Source: Octopus bimaculoides
Taxonomy: Eukaryota
NCBI RefSeq assembly: GCF_001194135.2
Contig: NC_068984.1
Span: forward strand, 9,516,516-9,580,515
DNA length: 64,000 nt
Direction of reading: 5' to 3'
Within the stretch, counting starts at the first letter, position 1. Each line of letters starts with the position of its first letter. The translations under genes and the position numbers were made by a program. Shown piece by piece: positions 12,600-25,611 of this stretch. The notes under the pieces were generated by a model, which made no database searches, had not been told where the DNA came from, and saw nothing but the letters and a program-made list of their open reading frames with translations.

Positions 12600-13090
12600 T
12601 CCATCACTGAAATGTAGATAACGAAAACAATGTCACATTTTAAACTGACCCAGTTAGTCTATTCCTTCTCTCCCAAACTAAATAATACTTCTCCAACCTC
12701 TCCGGTGGACTATACAGGAACGATGCACTCCTTTCAGCAACTGGATTATCTCAACCAAGAAAGCACTACACAATTTTTTTAAAAACTATAGCCCGAGTAT
12801 TTCATTCGAAATTGACACTAAGGTGGCCAATTTCTTAGATGTTACTCTCGACTTAAACACAGATCTGTATCACCCTTTCCATAAACCCAACCAATCTTTA
12901 CAATATATAAATGTCCTCTCCAATCACCCTAAACTTACCCTTAATAGCGTAGTCACAGGCATATCGATCAGAATCTCTACCTTATCTGCTAACGAAGAAA
13001 CTTTTTGACACTCACGCCCCTTATTATAATCAGGCCCTCCAAATAAGCGGCTCCCGTGAAAAAATCTATTATATCCCCAATACTAAAATA
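12600..13090 (+). mobile_element. Penelope-like element RT fragment (YRDD-type lineage), decayed
   Basis: GLYRND at 12707-12724 (degenerate YRDD catalytic motif), then NFLDVTLDL..YHPFHKPNQSLQYINVLSNHP and, after a frameshift, APYYNQALQISG. Confidence 0.8.
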
Positions 13091-13294
13091 GCACATCTCT
13101 TTCCCGATACAAACCCTGAATCTACGAACACTACTTCCACTCTACACCAATCCAACAACTCTCAAAAATAAACCCCTACACATCGCACGCGGCCGCCCCA
13201 CGGGCCACCCCGAGATTATAATAACCAAACTTTTGGCTCTTGAGTTACTCTTTGCTTTTTCTAAACAATAATGAATCCGTGTGTGTGCGTGCGC

Positions 13295-13460
13295 GCGTGA
13301 TGGGTTTCTGCACAGTTTTCGTCTACCGAATCCACTGAATGTTATTGGTTGGCCTGTGGCTCTAGGTAGGAGGCATATGTTCTAAAGCCGCGCTATGAGA
13401 CCGAACTCGATATCTCACGATTACGAAACGAAGTCCTTAACCACACCTCGATGCATAGGC
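13295..13460 (-). mobile_element. Degenerate SINE A head and core
   Basis: CAGTTTTCGTCTACCGAATCCACT and CTTAACCACAC match the reverse complement of the A head. Confidence 0.6.
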
Positions 13461-14339
13461 CTTAGAGTTTGTTTCTAATTAATTCTGAAACTTTCAAAAC
13501 TTTATTCCTCAAATTACAAGACGTTACTTGCATTGATCTTTTAAAGAATTCTTGCGTTAGTTTTTATTCTTGTTTAGCGCTGGGTTAGCTCCAACGGAGA
13601 ATACTAAATACCAAGGATCAAAATCATGACCATGCCGTTTTTTATCCCTGGGGGCAGTACACAGGCACCACATTATTCGATGTGGTACGTTGTGATTTGA
13701 GAGTCATTCAGTAGCTATTTCTAGCACTTCTACAGACCACGAAGAATTCTTCGTCTCTGGACTGTCTTTGTAACATGTATAACTTTATTCGCCTTGTTAG
13801 CTTTTCATCATTGCAGCACTTCCATCAAGATTATTTCGCATTTCTCTCAGTAGACGAGTAAAGATTCGTATCTGATATTTGAACAAATTCTTCAGAGTGC
13901 TGCATTCTTTATAATATTCTGTTTCAAAGAACATTAGCTTTAGGCGTTTCTTATCAAACTTGGTAGCTTTCTCTGGCCTTGTCATACGTTTTCTTATCTT
14001 CAACTATTTTCCTATTTCGCTTCGAAATATTTCGCTTGTATTGATCGACTACTGCATAGAAACTCTTAAATTTGATGACAAATTTCAACTGGTTTGATGG
14101 AGGAATTTCTATTTACTTGGAGTAAAATAACTGATTTTTCTCTAGATGTAATATATCTTAGACATATTAATGTTTTAGAAAGTTACTTTAGCTCATTACA
14201 CGAGAAGATCGTAAAAGAAAGATAAAAGATGCAAACTCATTGAAAGCAGACGATACAACATGGAGACTGTCGTTCGGACAATGTTATAATAAAAGTTAAG
14301 GATGCTACTAAATTTATTCTTCAGGATAAACTAAAATGA

Positions 14340-14436
14340 GGAGGAAGAAGAAGAAGAAGAAGAAGAAGAAGAAGAAGAAGAAGAAGAAGAAGAAGAAGAA
14401 GAAGAAGAAGAAGAAGAAGAAGAAGAAGAAGAAGAA
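14340..14436. repeat. Near-pure (GAA)n tract of about 30 units
   Basis: Directly visible; a similar tract lies at 36858-36933. Confidence 0.95.
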
Positions 14437-14827
14437 ACTAACAGTAGAGACGACTTATATAATATGAATTTTATGTATTTTGTTGATAAACGATATAAAT
14501 TCAAACGAAACTGAAAATTAAATATATAACATAATACAAAGTTTATATCAACCAATTAGTGTATGAGAATTGTGTGCATAAGTGTGCATGTATGTGTGTT
14601 TGCGTTTGTGTGAATGTATGTGTGTGAGAGAGTGTGTGTATGTTTGTGTACGTAAGTGTGTATGCGTCTGTATATGACTGCACAGAATGTGTATAAATGT
14701 TTAGCAGTTGACTTTTAATACTTTTTGTAAAATGTTGATAATTCAATTTTTACGCATATCTTTCACTTTATTTTAAACTCAATGATATTTTACTATTTAT
14801 TTCTTATTAATATTTAAAATGCTAAAA

Positions 14828-15245
14828 CAGCGAGCTGCTGCCAGAATCGTTAGCATTCAGGACAAAGCGTTTAGCAGTATTTCGTCTGTTTTTACGTTCT
14901 GAGTTCAAATTCCGCGCGGGTCGACTTTATCTTTCACCCCTTTCAGGATCGATGAAACACGTACCAGTTGAGCACTGGGGTCGATGTAATTGTCTTAACC
15001 CCCTCTCTTCGAAATTGCTGGCCTTGTGCCGCAGCGCGCGGGCAAAATCGTTAGCACACCGGGCAAAAAATGCTTAACAGCATTTCGCCTGTCTTTTTGT
15101 TTTGAACTCAAATTCCGCCAAAGTCCACTCTGCTTTTCATCCTTTCATGGTCAATGAAATATCTTCCAGTAGAGCCCTGTGGTCGATGAAATCGAATTCC
15201 CTCTCCTGAAATTACTGGCCCTGTGCCAAAATTTGAAACAATTAT
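14828..15245 (+). mobile_element. Two head-to-tail degenerate SINE B copies
   Basis: Two successive head/B-box/core blocks, starting near 14828 and 15035. Confidence 0.75.
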
Positions 15246-15254
15246 GGAGTGAAT

Positions 15255-15450
15255 ATATATATTTGTATACGCGGTTCCAAATGGTACAAAAAATACAAAA
15301 ATACAAAAGACAGAGACAGGTGAGCGAACAACAAACAAGGTGTTTTAATTTGACGCTCAGAAAAAAATGGCCGAGTCTTTCACGTTTCGAATCTACGACC
15401 TTCTACAGAAAGGAATGAGGAGGAAAAACAGATGGGGAGAGAAAAAGAAA
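15255..15450 (-). repeat. Repeat carrying a degenerate hammerhead-like motif (CTGTAGA...GAAACGT)
   Basis: Homologous to 25612-25810; motif at 15375-15412. Confidence 0.6.
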
Positions 15451-15967
15451 AATAATGTGACTGGATTAATGATTGCACATGTAGCCCTTGTTTGAGAACG
15501 TGTATCATATATAATGCATGGACGCCAGGGAAATATGTCCAGTGTACCACATGTGATATACAGGAAAGACAAGTGTTAATATTCTCCTGTGTAAATGTTC
15601 TCACTTGTAAATACAGAAAAACTACAGAAGAGAAAACAAAAGAAAAATCCTGGTTCATATTTATTAAAGTCGATATATTCAATATACGTCATTAATCATC
15701 TGTTGCTATTTGTCTGACAGTAAGGGTAAAAGAAAAACTAAGAAGGAATAAAGATGGGACAGATAACAAAAAGAGGAGAGGAAACTACTGAGACCAGATT
15801 ATGAAGAAGAAGAGAAATATAGAAAGGAGGGGAGATGGATAGAGAGAGGGGGAGATGGATAGAGAGAGGGGGAGAGGTTAACAGAAAATGATGGGGGTAA
15901 TAAATAAAAGGAAATAATTTGAAAGAAAACAACAAAAATGGAAAATGAGAAATAAAGTGAAAGAATA

Positions 15968-15998
15968 TGAAAGGAATGAAAAGGGAGGGGTAATGGGG

Positions 15999-16085
<87 letters not shown>

Positions 16086-16252
16086 AAAGAAGAGAGAAAG
16101 AAAGAAAGAAAGACAGGCCAACAAAATATGACGGAGATATTGAGATTTCTAAAACAAATAAATTAATAAAATACCGCCAGCTTGTCATAAGTTGAATGGA
16201 GAACGTGAGAGGAATAGAGAGATTGTCGTCTGCATAACATATTTGTCGTCTG
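15968..16252 (+). repeat. (GAAA)n-containing segment duplicated at 17624-17882
   Basis: About 135 bp downstream of the GAAA tract is nearly identical in both copies (GACAGGCCAACAAAATA...ATTTGTCGTCTG). Confidence 0.85.
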
Positions 16253-16406
16253 CTTGCAACAGTCACAGTTTGGTCAAGTGTTGGAGACAAAGGAACGCTG
16301 AACATATGAAGAAAACTGGCGCGGTCACATGGTGGAGAGTTAGCTAATCATGGTGGTAGAATATGAAAGAATTCTTTTGTCTAATTGTATCGTTTCCTTT
16401 CTTCCC

Positions 16407-16466
<60 letters not shown>

Positions 16467-17013
16467 CCTGTCTGTGGAGGAATCTTATTGTGCTTAGATA
16501 AGCTCAAATAACTGTGAATCGTTATAAGAGTGAGTCTCGCAGTAGATGCAGATATAAATGTTAATATTTAATATATTGGCAGAAGAAAAAAAACCTTTGT
16601 ATAGAGAAAGAAAACAAAATGGATTGAACGCTACCTAACTGAGACGAAATAATTTCTTCTGTCCAACAAGTAGCGTTCGATCATTTTTTTACTATGCAAG
16701 GGGTTTTCTCCCGAAATATATTACAGGCTATTTTTTTTAGCTTTGACCACATAGAAACTCAGCCTGAAATGATATATATTGTAGCTTCTCCAAGTGTTTA
16801 CATTTTAAAGAAGTAATCAAATAAATCTGTTTATAGAACGGTGGATGAGTCTAAAACTATGAGCATCATCTAACATCCCCTGTAAATACACAAGTTAGCT
16901 AATATACATGTGTGTATGTATCTGTTTGTGTGTGTGTTTTGTAGCACACCAACCATAAAGCCATCTTCTCAATTCTCTTTATTATTTCTCAATTATTATA
17001 AGGCGGTGTGGCA

Positions 17014-17330
17014 GGGCAATGGCCCAGTGGTTAGGGCAGCGGACTCGCGGTCGTAGGATCGCAGTTTCGATTCCCAAACTGACAGAAGGGTGGTAGCGAA
17101 CCCTGCTGTACTCTTTCATCACTACTTTCTCTCACTCTTTCTTCCTGTTTCTGTTGTACTTGTATTTCAAAGGGCCAGCCTTGTCACACTCTGTTCCAAG
17201 CTGAATCTCCCGAAAACTACGTTAAGGGTACACGTGTCTGTGGAGTGCTCAGCCACTTGCACGTTAATTTCACGAGCAGGCTGTTCTGGATCAACTGGAA
17301 AACCTCGTCGTCGTAACCGACGGAGTGCCA
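17014..17330 (+). mobile_element. SINE family C, near full length
   Basis: A box TGGCCCAGTGG, B box GTTTCGATTCCC, family C body and 3' end. Confidence 0.85.
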
Positions 17331-17333
17331 CCA

Positions 17334-17679
17334 TAAGGCGGTGAAAGGCGACGAGCTGGCAGAAACGTTAGCACGCCGGGCGAAATGTTTACTGGTATTT
17401 CGTCTCCCGCTGCGTTCTGAGTTCAAATTCCGCCGAAGTTGACTTTGCTTTTCATCCTTTCGTAGTCGATAAATTAAGTACCAGTTGCGTACTGGGGGTC
17501 GATGAAATCGACTACTCCCTTCCTCAAAATTTCAGGCCTTGTGCCTGCTGTAGAAAGGATTATTTCTCATTTGTAAAGTAACGAGCTGGCAGAACCGTTA
17601 GTACGCCGGACAAATGCTTAGCGAAAGGAATGTTAGGACAAATGCTTATGAAAGGTATGAAAAGGGAGAGGTAGTGGGG

Positions 17680-17713
<34 letters not shown>

Positions 17714-18990
17714 GAAGAAAGAAAGGAAGAAAGAAAGACAGGCCAACAAAATACAAAATATGACGGAGATATAGAGATTTCTAAAACAAATAAATTAATA
17801 AAATACCACCAGATTGTCATAAGTTGAATGAAGAACGTGAAAGGAATAGAGATTGTCGTCTGTATAACATATTTGTCGTCTGACAAATGCTTAGCGGCAT
17901 TTCATCCGTCATTATGCTCTGATTTCAAATTCCGCCGAAGTCGACTTTGCCGTTCATCCTTTCGGGATCAATAAAATAAGTACCAGTTGAAGACATCCCT
18001 TTTCCCGAAATTGCTGGCTTTGTACCAAAATTTGAAACCACCATTTCCCATCTGTAAGGCGGCGAGCTGGCAGAGTCGTTAGTATGCTGGGCAAAATGCT
18101 CAGCGGCAATTCATCTGTCTTCACATTTTGAGTTCAAATTCCTCCGAGGTCAACTTTACTTTCTATTCTTTCAGGGTTCGATAAAATAAGTAGAAGTTAT
18201 GCCCTGGCGTCGATGTAATCGGCTTAACCCTTTTCTTGAAATTACTGGTCTTGAAACCGTTCTTTCTAAATTATGAGAGAGCGAGATGGCTGAATCGTCA
18301 GAGCGTCGAAAGAATTGGTTTGCAGCATTTATTCCGACTCTGCATTCTGAGTTCAAATCCCGCCGAGGACAGCTTTGCGTTTCGTCCCACTGTGTTCGAT
18401 AAAGCCAAGAACCAGCTGAGTACAGGATCGATGTAATCGATTAAGCTCCTCTTGCCAAGATTGGAAACCAAAGGCGGCGTACTGGCAGAATCGTTAGCAC
18501 GCCGGGCGAAATGCTTAGCAGTATTTCGTGTATCTTTACGTTCTGAGTTCAAATTCCACCGAGGTCGACTTTGCCTTTCATCCTTTCGGGGTCGATAAAT
18601 TAAGTACCAGTTACGCACTGGGGTCGATGTAGCCGACTTAATCTCTTTATCTGTCCTTGTTTGTCCCCTCTATGTTTAGCCCCTTGTGGGCAATAAAGAA
18701 ATAAGAATTGTTAGCGCGTCGAACAAAATGTTTAGTGTCATTTCTTCAGGTTCTTTACGTTGTGAGCTCAAATCTTGCCGATGACAGCTTTGGCTCCCCC
18801 CCCCCATTCAGGGTCGATAAAGTAAAGTACCAGCCAAGTATCTGGAATCAACGCAATCGACTGACTTTCCTTCAAAACTACTGACTTCTTACCCGACTTA
18901 CAAAGGCTAGGAGCTGGCGGGATCGCTTGAGCGATGAAATACCTGTTTTGCAGTATTTCTACTTGCTGTTTGCATTCTGAGTTCGCCCAT
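17334..18990 (+). mobile_element. Array of about 7 co-oriented SINE B copies
   Basis: Heads near 17345, 17580, 18057, 18285, 18472, 18708 and 18910, each followed by GAGTTCAAAT-like B boxes. Confidence 0.85.
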
Positions 18991-20743
18991 CATCTATCCA
19001 TCCATCCATCCATCCAATCACCCCCACCCCCACCTACATTGTCCAATTAATCGCTTCCTCTTTCCTTCCATATGCAATCTGTAATCATTAGCTGTAAGAT
19101 GACAACTGGTTACATAAACAACCTTTTCTCTGCTTGTATGCAATCGTCTTACCCCATCTCTCTCTCTGCCTCAATCTCTCTCCGTCACTCTCTCCCTCTA
19201 TCTGTCTGTCCATCTCTCTCTCTCTCCCTCTCTCTTTATTCTCTTGACTTTCCTCTAATGCCATTACTAACATTTAAGCAAGTTTTAAACGCAGTAGACA
19301 TTCATCTGGTTGTATTTCAAGACTATTCTCATTATGCAAAAGAACACGGAACACAAACAAACGAAAAAGCAAAGAATATAAAGATTATTGGAAATCTTGT
19401 TCTTGTTATTGTTTTTTGGTGCTCATCAGAGCAAAACTTTACTAATTGGACAGACACTAGTGTAGTCTGTGTCGTTATTTTGACCGTTTACGTTATATAT
19501 ATATATATATATNNNNNNNNNNNNNNNNNNNNNNNNNNNNNNNNNNNNNNNNNNNNNNNNNNNNNNNNNNNNNNNNNNNNNNNNNNNNNNNNNNNNNNNN
19601 NNNNNNNNNNNNNNNNNNNNNNNNNNNNNNNNNNNNNNNNNNNNNNNNNNNNNNNNNNNNNNNNNNNNNNNNNNNNNNNNNNNNNNNNNNNNNNNNNNNN
19701 NNNNNNNNNNNNNNNNNNNNNNNNNNNNNNNNNNNNNNNNNNNNNNNNNNNNNNNNNNNNNNNNNNNNNNNNNNNNNNNNNNNNNNNNNNNNNNNNNNNN
19801 NNNNNNNNNNNNNNNNNNNNNNNNNNNNNNNNNNNNNNNNNNNNNNNNNNNNNNNNNNNNNNNNNNNNNNNNNNNNNNNNNNNNNNNNNNNNNNNNNNNN
19901 NNNNNNNNNNNNNNNNNNNNNNNNNNNNNNNNNNNNNNNNNNNNNNNNNNNNNNNNNNNNNNNNNNNNNNNNNNNNNNNNNNNNNNNNNNNNNNNNNNNN
20001 NNNNNNNNNNNNNNNNNNNNNNNNNNNNNNNNNNNNNNNNNNNNNNNNNNNNNNNNNNNNNNNNNNNNNNNNNNNNNNNNNNNNNNNNNNNNNNNNNNNN
20101 NNNNNNNNNNNNNNNNNNNNNNNNNNNNNNNNNNNNNNNNNNNNNNNNNNNNNNNNNNNNNNNNNNNNNNNNNNNNNNNNNNNNNNNNNNNNNNNNNNNN
20201 NNNNNNNNNNNNNNNNNNNNNNNNNNNNNNNNNNNNNNNNNNNNNNNNNNNNNNNNNNNNNNNNNNNNNNNNNNNNNNNNNNNNNNNNNNNNNNNNNNNN
20301 NNNNNNNNNNNNNNNNNNNNNNNNNNNNNNNNNNNNNNNNNNNNNNNNNNNNNNNNNNNNNNNNNNNNNNNNNNNNNNNNNNNNNNNNNNNNNNNNNNNN
20401 NNNNNNNNNNNNNNNNNNNNNNNNNNNNNNNNNNNNNNNNNNNNNNNNNNNNNNNNNNNNNNNNNNNNNNNNNNNNNNNNNNNNNATATATATATATATA
20501 TATAAATTCATTAATTAGAAATATTCAATAGGAATAGGATATGCTGAATTTATATTGAGTGCTCGTATATATTATGGTATCAATATTAAATTTTTTTTTA
20601 ATAAATTTTAAAATATTAATACAGTTAATACGAGCTATTATATATATATCTTGATAAAAAAACATATGAAAGCTTCGAATATTGATTTCCTAACTCCAAC
20701 ATATCTACATATTTTTGTTATAAATATATATGTGTGTGTGTGT

Positions 20744-20960
20744 AATCCTTTCTACTATCGGCATAAGGCCTGAAATGTGGGGAAGAGTGTTACTTGATTA
20801 TATCAGCCCCAGTGCGTAACTGGTACTTAATTAATCGACTCTGAAAAGATGAAAAGCAAAGTCGACCACGGCGGAATTTGAACTCAGAACGTAAAAAGTA
20901 TGCTGAAATGCCACGAAGCATTTCGTCCGACAGTCCAAAGACACTACCAGCTCACCGTCC
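20744..20960 (-). mobile_element. SINE family B (tail type 2)
   Basis: Reverse complement of the core, with tail TTTCAGGCCTTATGCCGATAGTAGAAAGGAT. Confidence 0.8.
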
Positions 20961-21234
20961 TAAGGATATATGTATATATGTATATATATATGTATATACT
21001 ATTTAAAAGAGTTCCAACTCTGTCTGTCTTTTATGTTTTATTTATATTCTTATAAAATTAATGTGGGATATAGAATATAGAATATATAATAAAAATAGTA
21101 AAATGAAATGAAGTATTGAATGTCTTATTGAATATATGAAATATTGAGTATTAAGTATAGAGTATTAAATATATAAGGACTAGTATACTTTCCTGCCTCA
21201 TGACAGTCATCAAGGTCCCGTCTGATATGTAGAG

Positions 21235-21475
21235 AGTGTTCCTTGAATTTAATTTTATATTAGATATTAGTTCGAATAAATATTTTTCAAAGTTTTCCAG
21301 TAGTGGGCTAGGTGGAGGATTGTTTCTGTTTTTGAATATCTTATAATAATTTTTATCATATGTATCTAGGTCTTTTTTCTTTGTATTAGCTTCATGGTGG
21401 TAAGCTATCCATCTCATCCTCCTAATCATTAGTCCTATGGATTAGCAGCTGCATGTATGGGAATATCCTTCAGAG
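21235..21475 (-). mobile_element. PLE ORF N-terminal fragment, probably the same lineage as 12600-13090
   Basis: Minus strand reads MEFSLKDIP..MIRRMRWIAY..NPPPSPLLENFEKYLFELISNIK, resembling the recalled YS.KNIP / RRMRWKA / FE..L...I.NI.F N-terminus of YRDD-type PLEs. Confidence 0.6.
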
Positions 21476-21793
21476 AAAATTCCATATTTACTCTTTCCAT
21501 CCTGTTAAAGTTAAGTACCAGAAGCGTCGTATAAGGTATGGTTGACGAGTTAAGAAGTAATCAAGATTCAATTGAATTAAGTACTTAAGTTGAAGCACGA
21601 AGCCAGTCCGGCATTATCCTCACAGCTCGAAGTAAGGTGAATTAAAATCAAAATAAGTAACAGGATTTCAAGTAGTAATGCAGTACGACCGTTTCAAGCG
21701 ACTCCATTTAATTGAACAATGCAATCATCACATCAATTTAAATACAGCGCTCTCTTCAGCTGCACAAATATGGATTTTTAAAAGACAAGATAT

Positions 21794-22829
21794 TGTTACG
21801 AACGCCCGCACGCGAAGCACCTCCTTAACGAAGAGAGAACTCGCACGCGCGCGAACGTTCACGCTCGGTGAGTCGGTGCGCTCGCCACAGGCCACCAATG
21901 AGCCCCGGCCGGAGCACGCAGCGAAGAACAACACAGGCAAAAGGAGGGGAGGAAGAAACAACACGGAGACCATACGTTGGGTAGCGGAACTAACCCTTTC
22001 TTTTCACATCATCAAAACATCATCAATACATTATAAAACAATACATCAGAGTAAAACATTACATCACAATTCAATAGCATATAATGGCGCATGCAACATA
22101 ATCAAGGGTTTGCAATCGTTACATAAACAAGAGTTCGTACATCGAGTCCTTTAAAAGTTCTTTCTTTTCTTTTCAGTTACACCACATGTAAAAGTTCTTT
22201 CTTTTCTTTCTCTTTTAAGTTAACATCACAGTTAACAGTTCTTTTTCTTTATACATCAAAACGACAAATATATTTTCTTGGAAGGATATTTAGACAAACC
22301 TTTGCTGTAATAACTTCCTTTCTTTCACAAACACCGTACGGTCCAAGAAGTAAACAACTGACTACTGCTATCTCTTTTGGCTGCCAGAATCCCATCTCTC
22401 TGTCCCTCTCTCTATCAGAGACTCTATGCATTTCTGCTGACTATAGCTTTCTCTCTGTCAGACTTATCATTCTTCATCTTCACTTCATCCAACTCGACTG
22501 GCAAAACTGCTGTCCCCAACTGCTCCGGCTGACTGCTACAACTCGACTGACCCTAAATCCTCCGGCCAACTGCGCCGCTTCAATCCCTGTTCTCGTATTT
22601 ATCACAAAATACCGTAGCTCAATCGTGCTACCTTACCCCCTCCCAAAGCTGGGTCAGTTCAGTACGATTCCTATCCTGCCTTTTTTTTAACTTTCGCTGA
22701 CCGGAAAGGGGCAGCGATCACTCCTACGCTAAAAATAGCTGTGGTTGCTGACAAGACAAAGGAAATGCCATTGTCCCCAACAACCAGAACACGGTTTCAA
22801 AACCCAGCTCGGGAGATAGGGATATAACA
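21794..22829 (-). mobile_element. Probable solo LTR (about 1.04 kb)
   Basis: Termini TGTTAC...ATAACA (TG..CA, with inverted TGTTA/TAACA), a CpG-rich end, and a TATA-like ATAAATA followed by purine-rich sequence on the minus strand. No matching TSD (GATAT versus CTAAT). Confidence 0.55.
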
Positions 22830-23749
22830 CTAATTGTATTTTCGGTGGTCGCATCAATATATTAATATAATTTTTCTTAAATATTTTAACAGAGCAAGAG
22901 GATGGAAGAAATTCATGTTGTCACTATTGTAGTAAGAATAGCTAAGAGAATAACAGACTACAATTTCTAGAGCGGCATGGAACACAGTGGGGTTCATAGG
23001 GTTGTAATTCATTTTCAATTTATCTATCTCTTTATCATCAACAAAAATCTAAGACTAGAAGACTGCATATATTTAGAATAAAAAGCAGAGTTGACAGTTC
23101 CTGGCTGGCTGTAGGTTATAAATTTCAGACTGCTATAGGTATCCCTTTACCTGCAAAAAAAAAAGAAACAAAACTTTAGAAGGAGTCAATTAGATAGTAG
23201 AAATGCCTATAAGAGAGGTAGGGTAAGGGATGACATTAATTCATGATGTTGTTACCAGTTAAAGGGGAAAACTTTATGAAACTTAGGATGCTACAATGAG
23301 ATCCAGGAAAACATTAAAAGATCAGTGGGAGAACGTTTATAAACAATATATTGTGTTGTATAAAAATAAAATAAAATTGTTTAAATTCTTAAAAGAGGGC
23401 ATCATAACCAAATTGGCTGAGAGGGATTTATACATTAATTTAAACATTAAAAAGAAGATTACAATTATGTAGAATCAACTTAATACCTCAGCTTTACTTA
23501 ATTAATTAATAGGTGATCACTATAAAGACCACTCAAACCACTTACATGCGGAATATATATGGAAAGATATACATACTATCTTTCGATTGAAAGTAAGGAA
23601 TATGATAAATGATAATATATAGACATAATTAAATATAATAAGTATACAAGAAAAAGTGTGTACTGATATAAGTAGTTGTAATAGTATAAAAAATAAAAAA
23701 ATAAAGCATACAGATACATAGACAAAAAGGGATTTATATATATAAAGAT

Positions 23750-23820
<71 letters not shown>

Positions 23821-25611
23821 NNNNNNNNNNNNNNNNNNNNNNNNNNNNNNNNNNNNNNNNNNNNNNNNNNNNNNNNNNNNNNNNNNNNNNNNNNNNNNNN
23901 NNNNNNNNNNNNNNNNNNNNNNNNNNNNNNNNNNNNNNNNNNNNNNNNNNNNNNNNNNNNNNNNNNNNNNNNNNNNNNNNNNNNNNNNNNNNNNNNNNNN
24001 NNNNNNNNNNNNNNNNNNNNNNNNNNNNNNNNNNNNNNNNNNNNNNNNNNNNNNNNNNNNNNNNNNNNNNNNNNNNNNNNNNNNNNNNNNNNNNNNNNNN
24101 NNNNNNNNNNNNNNNNNNNNNNNNNNNNNNNNNNNNNNNNNNNNNNNNNNNNNNNNNNNNNNNNNNNNNNNNNNNNNNNNNNNNNNNNNNNNNNNNNNNN
24201 NNNNNNNNNNNNNNNNNNNNNNNNNNNNNNNNNNNNNNNNNNNNNNNNNNNNNNNNNNNNNNNNNNNNNNNNNNNNNNNNNNNNNNNNNNNNNNNNNNNN
24301 NNNNNNNNNNNNNNNNNNNNNNNNNNNNNNNNNNNNNNNNNNNNNNNNNNNNNNNNNNNNNNNNNNNNNNNNNNNNNNNNNNNNNNNNNNNNNNNNNNNN
24401 NNNNNNNNNNNNNNNNNNNNNNNNNNNNNNNNNNNNNNNNNNNNNNNNNNNNNNNNNNNNNNNNNNNNNNNNNNNNNNNNNNNNNNNNNNNNNNNNNNNN
24501 NNNNNNNNNNNNNNNNNNNNNNNNNNNNNNNNNNNNNNNNNNNNNNNNNNNNNNNNNNNNNNNNNNNNNNNNNNNNNNNNNNNNNNNNNNNNNNNNNNNN
24601 NNNNNNNNNNNNNNNNNNNNNNNNNNNNNNNNNNNNNNNNNNNNNNNNNNNNNNNNNNNATATATATATATATATATATATACGAGTGCGTTTTATGGGG
24701 AATAATACGTGCGCTTTTATGTGTGTGTTTCTATAAATTTTTTTATTCGAGAACAGAGTTCTTTCATGTGTGCGTGTGAATGCATGTGTGTGTGTGTACG
24801 TGTATGTGTGTTAGTGGGATCAATGTCTATGAGTCTGTATGCGTGTATGTGTGTATATGAGTGAGTATAGACATTTACTTCTAAGTATATATGCATATGT
24901 ATACATATATACCTTCACATATGAATACACACACATACACACATCACGTCAAATATTTCCGATGTTTCCTAAGTTTAACTTGGTCATTTTAAGCCATTTA
25001 GCAAAGTTTAAAAGGTTACCATGGGAAGGTTAACCACGGATCTTTTATTATTAAAGTCACTAACCGTATCATTGCAAACAATTCTTTTCCATTCATAGAT
25101 CCACGATTCTTCACCAAGCTTTTGCACCAACATCATAAAACGTGTTTCTTTATCCTAAGCATTTTTTCCAAGTAATTATACCGATAGATCGGTTAGATCA
25201 GAGATTTCTAGCAACCATTGAATTTACTTTTGGAAGCAAAATTGGAAAATACAAGTCTGCAAAATTCCAAGAAATACTTTACAGTCACCATAAGTCCGAT
25301 CAAAGATCACGCATTAAGAATAGAAGGAAAAAAGGAAACCAACTCGGCTTCCTAGCGTTGTCTGATGTTTCCAGTCTTTCTTAATTCACTGAATATATTC
25401 AAGTAAAAAGAAATTCCTTTTGTACTCGCGCTAACATTTGTGTGTGTATGTATGTGTGTGTGTGCGCTTATATATATNNNNNNNNNNNNNNNNNNNNNNN
25501 NNNNNNNNNNNNNNNNNNNNNNNNNNNNNNNNNNNNNNNNNNNNNNNNNNNNNNNNNNNNNNNNNNNNNNNNNNNNNNNNNNNNNNNNNNNNNNNNNNNN
25601 NNNNNNNNNNN

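Noticed and set aside
13000-13020. TGA at 13006-13008 in the PLE RT as a possible selenocysteine codon (known in Naiad PLEs)
   Set aside because: Homology resumes in another frame after a T5 run (TFDTHAPYYNQAL), so it is a frameshift; the catalytic motif is also decayed.
13797-14003. 68-aa ordinary-composition ORF on the minus strand
   Set aside because: No recognisable motif, a TTG start and no convincing splice sites; it could be decayed TE sequence. A BLASTX hit to a host protein would reverse this.
17014-17090. tRNA-like sequences as tRNA genes (also 4947, 8106, 41241, 63366)
   Set aside because: They have A and B boxes but no complete cloverleaf, and each continues into a repeat body; they are SINE-type heads.
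17334-18990. Regularly recurring repeats as a CRISPR-like array
   Set aside because: Units are about 200-bp diverged SINEs without unique spacers, in eukaryotic DNA with no cas genes.
19072-20511. Long ORFs containing X runs (also near 30-33, 36, 45-46, 52.5-53.7 and 60 kb)
   Set aside because: They read through N gaps and flanking dinucleotide repeats.
21678-22154. 158-aa ORF on the plus strand
   Set aside because: It straddles the boundary of the LTR candidate and has no gag or pol motif.
23085-23150. GYKFQTAIGIPL resembling an RT motif (Q..GIPMG)
   Set aside because: Too short, and the flanks give no further RT motifs.
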